Below are positions 8,746-15,334 of a stretch of DNA of 64,000 nucleotides, one piece after another. Origin of the DNA: a virus; the IMG/VR virus record IMGVR_UViG_3300047160_015936, positions 215 to 64,214 of that record. One strand, given 5' to 3'. Every line of letters starts with the position of its first letter. Within the stretch, counting starts at the first letter, position 1. The notes under the pieces are model-generated. The model made no database searches and was not told where the DNA came from. It saw only the letters and a program-made list of their open reading frames with translations. The position numbers and the translations under genes are program-made.

Positions 8746-9300
8746 ATGAAAAGATTATTTTTGTGTCTTTGTCTGGTTTGTTTTGGTCTGATCGGTTGCG
8801 ATGAGCAATCACAACAAGCACAATCGGCTTCGGGAGTGACAAAGGCGAACGTGACCGTAACTCCGGGATCGGATGGATTGACGGTAGAGCAACGTAACGT
8901 TCGGGACCGTCTTGTCGAAGATAACAAACCGGGAGCGATTAAGCATTTGTATGTGATTTCGCCGTACAGCGGACAGGTCATTCTTTATTCGACCGTACGG
9001 GGGAAAGTCACAAGCGGTGGTAAACGATTGACTCCAACACAGGCGAGTAGTTTTTTCAACCAGCAGGACAGAGAAGTCGTAGGCGGTTTTCGGGTAAATA
9101 TGCAGAACGGTCAGGCGATTACGAATGAGGTTCTGCAAGACGACGGGACGTACGGGACGAGCGGGGATTATCTGTACTGGTGGGACGTGCGTGGGATTTA
9201 TCACCAGCATTACCTCACCGGGGGGCAGATTGTTCATGTATCGTCTCAGCCGATTCCGGTCAAGAGTGTGATTATCAATATCGAAGCGGGGCAGCAATGA
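8746..9300 (+). CDS. Lipoprotein
   Basis: Lipobox LIGC after signal peptide; GKVTS..KRLTP, DDGTYG. Confidence 0.75.
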   Translation: MKRLFLCLCLVCFGLIGCDEQSQQAQSASGVTKANVTVTPGSDGLTVEQRNVRDRLVEDNKPGAIKHLYVISPYSGQVILYSTVRGKVTSGGKRLTPTQASSFFNQQDREVVGGFRVNMQNGQAITNEVLQDDGTYGTSGDYLYWWDVRGIYHQHYLTGGQIVHVSSQPIPVKSVIINIEAGQQ

Positions 9301-10205
9301 GCGAAAACAGCACAAACGTCACTGGAACCGTTATGACGACGAACGGGCCGACTAACGTATCGCCGAACCCTGCGCCGTCGTTGACCCAAGCTGTCAACGC
9401 CGCTGTTGGGAAGTCTCTGCCAAAACCTCGCGGGTTGGAGACGAAGAACACGAAAGACTTGAGTCTGGAGTATTTTCATGGACTCATCTATGCCGAGACT
9501 TCTGCGTGGAAGACAACAACGGCGGCGCATTTCGGCAAACCCGAAGATGTAAGGATTATTCTCACGCGGAGCGAAGAACAGTTGAAGCCGATCAAAGACG
9601 AGGGGTATCAGTATACGCCGATTATGAAAGCGGCTGACCCGGCGGCGGCGTTCCTCTTCGCGTGGCAGTATCCGGAGCAGTTGTGGCCGGATTGGGCACA
9701 GAGACCGAACCGGACTCTCGTCATCGACGACCTCACCAAAGGCATTCAGATTCTTCTTGACGCCGATGACAGCAAGGACATTCGAAAGTCTTACGGGAAT
9801 GTCGCCGATTCGGTTTCGCCGGTGTTTAACACGTCTCTGGCGAAACCGCAGAATCTCGTTCTCATCGCGCTGGCAAAGGTGAAAGAGAATCCGATTACCG
9901 ACGTGGAGAGAGTCGGTCCGGACCTTCCGCCGTCGATGCTGAACAGCGTCTTTCTTCCTGATCTTGAATTTGTTTTCTATATTGACCCGCAGACGCACAA
10001 GATGAGGACGGACCGGGATTTTATCACGGCGAAGAAGATTGACGAGAAGGGCCGTGAGGTTACGTATCGGAGGGAGATTTTTGCCAAGAACAAGATCGAG
10101 CTGACCGGAGCCGGGAGGGGCGTGATTCGACCTTTGGAAGACCCGAATCTGGGCGTGTTGTGGGAACGGGTGAAAGCGGCGGGAAGGCTTGGGGCAATAA
10201 AATGA
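9297..10205 (+). CDS. AAA_24 / Sak4-like ssDNA-annealing ATPase
   Basis: LIYAETSAWKTT (Walker A variant), TLVIDDLT, FAKN. Confidence 0.7.
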   Translation: MSENSTNVTGTVMTTNGPTNVSPNPAPSLTQAVNAAVGKSLPKPRGLETKNTKDLSLEYFHGLIYAETSAWKTTTAAHFGKPEDVRIILTRSEEQLKPIKDEGYQYTPIMKAADPAAAFLFAWQYPEQLWPDWAQRPNRTLVIDDLTKGIQILLDADDSKDIRKSYGNVADSVSPVFNTSLAKPQNLVLIALAKVKENPITDVERVGPDLPPSMLNSVFLPDLEFVFYIDPQTHKMRTDRDFITAKKIDEKGREVTYRREIFAKNKIELTGAGRGVIRPLEDPNLGVLWERVKAAGRLGAIK

Positions 10206-10384
10206 CTACTTTTTGCACCGTACTGAGCGTGATACTAGTAGCTTTCTTGGTTGCATCTCCAGTTCTTCTTCACGCCTTTAGTATTATGGCGTTTGGCGGG
10301 AAAGGCGGACACGAGGATGACCAAACTGACGAACAGAAATATATGAAGTATCTTGAACGGCAGAGAAAGGGAATGCCGAAGTAG
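10202..10384 (+). CDS. Small membrane protein
   Basis: Single TM helix. Confidence 0.5.
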   Translation: MTTFCTVLSVILVAFLVASPVLLHAFSIMAFGGKGGHEDDQTDEQKYMKYLERQRKGMPK

Positions 10385-10439
10385 TCTTTGCGCCATTAAG
10401 TATTGCAGACAGCTTGGTAAGTAACTGCTGAACAGGCAG

Positions 10440-10625
10440 GCAGAAAAGATAGTTCGGATAAACGAGTAGGACCACCGAAAGTCCCGAATGATTCGAAGTA
10501 TCCGGCTTGGTGAACAAAAACGACACCCGAAAGGAGTGGTGAGTAGCTTCGGCCCAACGATCACTCCTTTTTGTAAAGACTTTGAGAGACCACAGTCTCT
10601 CTGGCACGGGGGAAAGTCCCCGAAA
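10440..10625 (+). ncRNA. Candidate structured intergenic RNA
   Basis: Several nested hairpins in a ~260-nt gap. Confidence 0.35.
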
Positions 10626-10646
10626 ACGTTAACGTAGAGGAGTAAC

Positions 10647-11255
10647 ATGAGTACTCATGAAGGAGCAACAACAATGACAGAAGAAGTGAATGGAGTCACA
10701 GAAGTTGACGGCTTGGACACGCCGGAGCTGGTTGTCCCGCCGCCGGAACAAGACGCTCACCGGGGACGGATCAACGGTGTCGAAGTCGAGAAGTACGACA
10801 CCGGTTCTTCGGCGATTGTCATCTCATTGCAGTCCATCGACGCCGGGTTTGAGGAGAAGATGAAGATTTTCCCTCCGAAGTCGTTTGTCGAAGACGTGAA
10901 TGTTGACCCGAACACGCTGGACGACGTGCCAGCGGCGGGCAAGAAACAGAGTGAACGTCAACGGTACGCGCAGGTTGTCAGCAACAGCGACAAAAACGCC
11001 GAGCTGCAGCGTCTCCGCAGCATCGCGACGGGACAGGGACGGCGTTATTCCGGTCCTCGTCCGAGCACGTTCGCGGAGTACGTCGCCGCGTTGAACAGCG
11101 TGCTTTTGGGCTGTTCGGTCGTTTTCACCCGTCAACCGGACACGAAAGCCGAGGGGACGTTCAAGAATCGGCTTCGGGTGAATGGCGTTTATGACGAAAG
11201 CACGATCATCAACGATCCAAAGGCGTTGAAGAAGTATCGGAAGGCGTGGCAATAA
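10647..11255 (+). CDS. Putative OB-fold ssDNA-binding protein
   Basis: Follows the Sak4-like gene; beta-rich; SD GAGGAG. Confidence 0.55.
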   Translation: MSTHEGATTMTEEVNGVTEVDGLDTPELVVPPPEQDAHRGRINGVEVEKYDTGSSAIVISLQSIDAGFEEKMKIFPPKSFVEDVNVDPNTLDDVPAAGKKQSERQRYAQVVSNSDKNAELQRLRSIATGQGRRYSGPRPSTFAEYVAALNSVLLGCSVVFTRQPDTKAEGTFKNRLRVNGVYDESTIINDPKALKKYRKAWQ

Positions 11256-11299
11256 ACGCTACGCCGTAACTTTGTCTCCGTAGAAACTGACGGAGACAA

Positions 11300-11345
11300 G
11301 AAGAGACGTAACACGCTTGGCGGTGGGTTGCGTCTCTTGCTTTTG
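11300..11345 (+). terminator. Rho-independent terminator-like hairpin
   Basis: aagagacgtaac...gttgcgtctctt followed by T-tract. Confidence 0.45.
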
Positions 11346-11621
11346 CGACAGGAACGCGCAGTCTCCCCTTCCCTAACCTGTCGCCGAGCGCCGGAGAGGA
11401 TCGTTATTCGTCCTTTCAGTTCTCTCCGGCGTTTTTGAGAGGTTAGGAGAGAGACAAGATGAAAGTTGCCATAGTCTTAGCGGAAGATGTTCCGGTTGTG
11501 GTTTGTTCAACGCGAGAAACAGCGAAGTTGTGGGTAAAGGCAAGGCAGGACAAGGCAAGACGAAAACGCAAACCATGTCCGTTTTATGAGATCGAAGAAT
11601 TCACGTTTTGGGAGGGAAGCC

Positions 11622-11948
11622 ATGAGTGGGAGTGAGAAGGTGGTGTTGTCGGTTTTGATTCTGCTGACGTTTCTTGCCGGATTCGCCAGCGGAGTTTGGT
11701 GCGCGCCGAGCCCACCGAAGTCTTTCGTCCTGCCGTTGACGTCGCGTGAAGTCTCTCCGGCAAAAGCCGCGTGCGGCGACGCCGATGAGTTACGGTTTTA
11801 TTCCTTCGCGTTTGACTTGCAGAATCGTCCGGACGAGGCGACAGCGAAGCCAATTCAGTTGCTCGTGTCGTGCAAGGTTATTCAGGACATGACAGCAAGT
11901 ACGGCTACGGAGTTTCGTTTCTCCGTTCCTCATTATGAGGAAAAGTAG
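11622..11948 (+). CDS. Membrane/exported protein
   Basis: N-terminal hydrophobic helix. Confidence 0.6.
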   Translation: MSGSEKVVLSVLILLTFLAGFASGVWCAPSPPKSFVLPLTSREVSPAKAACGDADELRFYSFAFDLQNRPDEATAKPIQLLVSCKVIQDMTASTATEFRFSVPHYEEK

Positions 11949-12121
11949 TGGAAAAGGGTTGTACGTACGTTGTATGTACGTCTCCGGGGTGCACACGGGA
12001 GATCGTAGACGAAAACCTCGCGTTTACGTGTCTCTCGTGCGGAGACATCGGACTATGTGAGTATTGCTTCTGGCGTCACGAAGAGAAACATCAGGAAGAG
12101 GGAGAAAACGACGATGAGTAA
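11948..12121 (+). CDS. Small Zn-finger protein (57 aa, not in ORF track)
   Basis: MEKGCTYVVCTSPGC...CLSC....LCEYCFWRH...H. Confidence 0.55.
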   Translation: MEKGCTYVVCTSPGCTREIVDENLAFTCLSCGDIGLCEYCFWRHEEKHQEEGENDDE

Positions 12122-12698
12122 AAAAATTCAGGAGCGGAAGTTGATCCGCGCGGCGGCAGACGGGGACGAAAACGCCTTCGCGAAGTTGCACCAAACGTTC
12201 CTTCCGCAAGTGCAGAAACGCGTCCGGTATTTGCTTTCGTCTCATCCGTCGGCACATGAAGACGTCGTGCAGAATGTCTTCCTCGCCGTTTTTCGTAATT
12301 TGAAACACTTCCGTGGCGACTCGTCGTTTTCGACGTGGCTCTACCGGGTGACGTTTAACGAATCGATGATGTTTTTGCGCAAGAACGTTCAGGGGAAACC
12401 GGCAGTGTGGTCGTTGGATTCGATTCTCGAAGACTATGCCACGGGAGAGCAGCACATTACCAAGACGCTGCCGAAAGCGTTAGCCAAACGCGACCCATCG
12501 TTGTCGTCCGTTCCCGACCGTCTCTCGGTTCTCGATGCGGTTTCACATCTCGCGCCGTGTTATCGGCGGGTTGTGACGCTGATCGACCTTGAAGGAGACA
12601 TGCACAAAGACGCAGCGGAGAAGTTGGGGATCACCGTGGGGTGTGTGAAGGGGTATCGTTACCGCGCTATGAAAACGTTAAGGGAGAGGCTGTCATGA
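12114..12698 (+). CDS. ECF-type sigma-70 factor
   Basis: GDENAFAKL, EDVVQNVFL, FRGDSSFSTWLYRV, region 4 HTH AAEKLGITVGCVK. Confidence 0.92.
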   Translation: MSKKIQERKLIRAAADGDENAFAKLHQTFLPQVQKRVRYLLSSHPSAHEDVVQNVFLAVFRNLKHFRGDSSFSTWLYRVTFNESMMFLRKNVQGKPAVWSLDSILEDYATGEQHITKTLPKALAKRDPSLSSVPDRLSVLDAVSHLAPCYRRVVTLIDLEGDMHKDAAEKLGITVGCVKGYRYRAMKTLRERLS

Positions 12699-12910
12699 CG
12701 ACGGCTTCGGAGTTTCACAAGATGCTGGTGCCGGAGATGAGAATACGAGCCGAGACGAGTTTCTGTCCCGAGTGCGCCGAGCCGCAGGAGTGGAAGATTG
12801 GGGAGAAGATTCAGACGTTTCGGTGTAGCGCGTGTGGGTTTGGGTTTGTCGCCGTGAGGGCCGGAAACACCGTTTGGGGGAAAGCCAGTGACAAAGAGAC
12901 AACAGCCTGA
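12695..12910 (+). CDS. Zn-ribbon protein
   Basis: CPEC...CSACG. Confidence 0.6.
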   Translation: MTTASEFHKMLVPEMRIRAETSFCPECAEPQEWKIGEKIQTFRCSACGFGFVAVRAGNTVWGKASDKETTA

Positions 12911-13868
12911 TCGTTGTTTCGAAGCGCACTGCCCTCTCGCCGGAGTCGCTCATGGGTTTTGTCTTGGCGCAGGAGACCCCAAGACGGCGTTAATCACGAC
13001 GATTCTGGAAGCACCGGGAAAAGACGAAATCGCGTTTACGATCAAACCGAGTGACCAGAGAAGTTTTTTGAGAACGAAACAGGAATGTGATGAGGAGATC
13101 GAGAGACGCCGGAAGGCATATCCGGACTTGCCGGAAGAGTTTCTCACACGTGGGGTTCCCATCGTCGGTCGCACGGGTTCGGTGACAATGCAATGGATTC
13201 TGCCGAAGTCCGGGCTGACACGGGAGCAGATGTTCATAGACAATACGATTCGGTGTCTTGCGCCGAAGAATAAGCAGGGACAGAATTACCCTATCGGCGA
13301 CACGCGTAAGCAGGCAGAGTATCATTGTCGAATGTGGGACCGCGTAGAAGAGTTTCGTCCGAAGTCTCTTGTGATGTCGCTCCACCCCGCCGCACTTATG
13401 AGAGAAGTAACACCGTTGTCGTTGGTTGTCGAAGACTTCAAGAAGACCCGAGACTTCGTGACGCAAGACGCAAGACCAGTGTTACTCTTGGGTGGTAAGT
13501 CCGCGCATGTCTTTGCCGGGTTTGGGGAGAACATTACGAAACACCGGGGGGCGTATGTGGCTCTGGCGGAAGACTGGCGGGAGAAGTTACTCGAACGGCT
13601 TCGGCGACGTGCGGAGACGAAGAAAAAGAAACGCGAAAAGCCAGACGTGCTGGAACCGCAAGTGAAAAAGGAGAAAAAGGTGAAGATTACGAAGACAATT
13701 ACCGGGGGACGAAAGAAAGCGGCAAAGCAACTTAAGGTCAAAATCGAATATTCGAACATTGCGTCGGAAGAGGATATTAACGAAATTGTCCTCAACGGCA
13801 TGATCGAAGAGATTGTCAAAGCCGTTTTCTCCCCTCACTTCTACGAAAACGAGATTAAAATCAAATGA
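12888..13868 (+). CDS. Uracil-DNA glycosylase family 4-like protein (rearranged) with Lys-rich tail
   Basis: LEAPGKDE, PIVGRTG, NTIRC, HPAALMR, LLLGG, ITKHRG. Confidence 0.8.
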   Translation: MTKRQQPDRCFEAHCPLAGVAHGFCLGAGDPKTALITTILEAPGKDEIAFTIKPSDQRSFLRTKQECDEEIERRRKAYPDLPEEFLTRGVPIVGRTGSVTMQWILPKSGLTREQMFIDNTIRCLAPKNKQGQNYPIGDTRKQAEYHCRMWDRVEEFRPKSLVMSLHPAALMREVTPLSLVVEDFKKTRDFVTQDARPVLLLGGKSAHVFAGFGENITKHRGAYVALAEDWREKLLERLRRRAETKKKKREKPDVLEPQVKKEKKVKITKTITGGRKKAAKQLKVKIEYSNIASEEDINEIVLNGMIEEIVKAVFSPHFYENEIKIK

Positions 13869-14149
13869 CAAAACGTCTCGACGAACTCAAACACGATCCG
13901 GAAGACCCCGCGTCGGCGACATTACAGGACGACGTTTTGGTGTTTCTGGCGAGCGTGGCGAAGTTCAACATGCGGGCGGTGATTGTGCTTGCCGGAGAGC
14001 CGCTCGGGGATAATAAATTCAAAGTCGCCGGGCACGTCAACAACCGGGAACACTTACGCGAGATTTGTTACCGGCTTTGGCGAGAGTTGGGGAAACGCGA
14101 CACCAAGGCGACGGAAGAGTTTCGCGTACCAGCGAAGGAGCAGGCATGA
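13865..14149 (+). CDS. Hypothetical protein
   Basis: ATGA overlaps. Confidence 0.6.
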   Translation: MTKRLDELKHDPEDPASATLQDDVLVFLASVAKFNMRAVIVLAGEPLGDNKFKVAGHVNNREHLREICYRLWRELGKRDTKATEEFRVPAKEQA

Positions 14150-14565
14150 GAGAAGAGACAAAGACACAAGAAGTCTGGACCGGGGGAGAAGAGAGACTGA
14201 AGCGTATCAACACTCATCTGGAAGACGAACTTACGATTCCGGGACTGCAACGAGCGTGTCTTGCCGACGCCGAGGCGTTGGGCTGGACGACAGAGGATAT
14301 TGACTTTCCCGAGCAGTGTGCGTTGCTACACAGCGAAGTCAGCGAAGCGTTGGAGAGTTATCGTAAACGCGAGCCTTACTTGTGGCACGATCCAACATCG
14401 TCTCCTCCGAACAAGCCTTGCGGCATTGCATCAGAGTACGCAGACTTGGCGATTCGGCTTTTTCATTATTGCGAGAAAATGGGAATCGATCTTGCGGCGG
14501 CGATTGCGACAAAGCGTCGTTACAATCTCACACGAGGATATCGTCACGGAGGAAAACGGATATGA
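14146..14565 (+). CDS. MazG-like NTP pyrophosphohydrolase
   Basis: ALLHSEVSEALE...EYADLAIR...K..YN..R.YRHGGK. Confidence 0.85.
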   Translation: MREETKTQEVWTGGEERLKRINTHLEDELTIPGLQRACLADAEALGWTTEDIDFPEQCALLHSEVSEALESYRKREPYLWHDPTSSPPNKPCGIASEYADLAIRLFHYCEKMGIDLAAAIATKRRYNLTRGYRHGGKRI

Positions 14566-14819
14566 AGAAAGTTACAATTGTGCAAGCCGAAACAATGGCG
14601 TGCCGAGAAGTTTCGACGTTAACGGCAATTTACGTCGATAACAAGCGCATTGATAATCAGAACACTATCAATGCGTTTTGTTCTTGCGACGGCTGCATGA
14701 GAGATTCCTTGGCTGCATTATGTAAAGCGCTTGATGTTGAGTGTGAAATTCAGGAAAAAGGCGAAGTAGCGACTGTGGAAGAAGCTTTTCCAGAAACTTT
14801 GCATTCAACGGTGAATTAA
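14562..14819 (+). CDS. Hypothetical protein
   Basis: SD GGAGG, ATGA overlap. Confidence 0.6.
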   Translation: MKKVTIVQAETMACREVSTLTAIYVDNKRIDNQNTINAFCSCDGCMRDSLAALCKALDVECEIQEKGEVATVEEAFPETLHSTVN

Positions 14820-14837
14820 AAAGAAAGGAATAGCGTC

Positions 14838-15110
14838 ATGGCGGAAAGAGAATCTGAAAGTGTCATCGAAGAAGCAATTAACAACGATGGTGGGCTTTGG
14901 CGCAAGCTTCTCGCGATATTCATGCAGAAGCAGGGACAAAAGAAGTTCAACATCTCCGTCGAGGAGATGAGAAAGTTTCACGAAGCCCTTCCTGATGCTT
15001 GTGTCGTCGCGCATTGGCACGCGGAGTCGGTGGATATTATGCTGGTGACGATGGAAGAAGCGTTACGTCTCCAGCGTGAGCACAACACGCGTAATGTGAG
15101 GTTTCAATGA
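14838..15110 (+). CDS. Hypothetical protein
   Basis: SD AAGGA. Confidence 0.6.
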   Translation: MAERESESVIEEAINNDGGLWRKLLAIFMQKQGQKKFNISVEEMRKFHEALPDACVVAHWHAESVDIMLVTMEEALRLQREHNTRNVRFQ

Positions 15111-15334
15111 TCTACCGTGGGTTGGCGTCGAACCCGGATTGGTACGCGGATTGTAAGCGTTGGCGCGGAGAACCGCTGATCGGACACTACTCTCATTGGT
15201 GTTTCGAATGGGACGGGTTGCCGGTGGACGAGACCACGCCGGAGTTTATGTGTTGTCATTGTTTTCCCAAGACGCTCCGGCTCGTCGTTACGAAATTTCT
15301 CACAAGGTGTTATTGGCGGATCAAAGGGTTCTAA
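15107..15334 (+). CDS. Small Cys/Trp-rich protein
   Basis: HWCFEWDGLPVDET.PEF.CC.C. Confidence 0.65.
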   Translation: MIYRGLASNPDWYADCKRWRGEPLIGHYSHWCFEWDGLPVDETTPEFMCCHCFPKTLRLVVTKFLTRCYWRIKGF

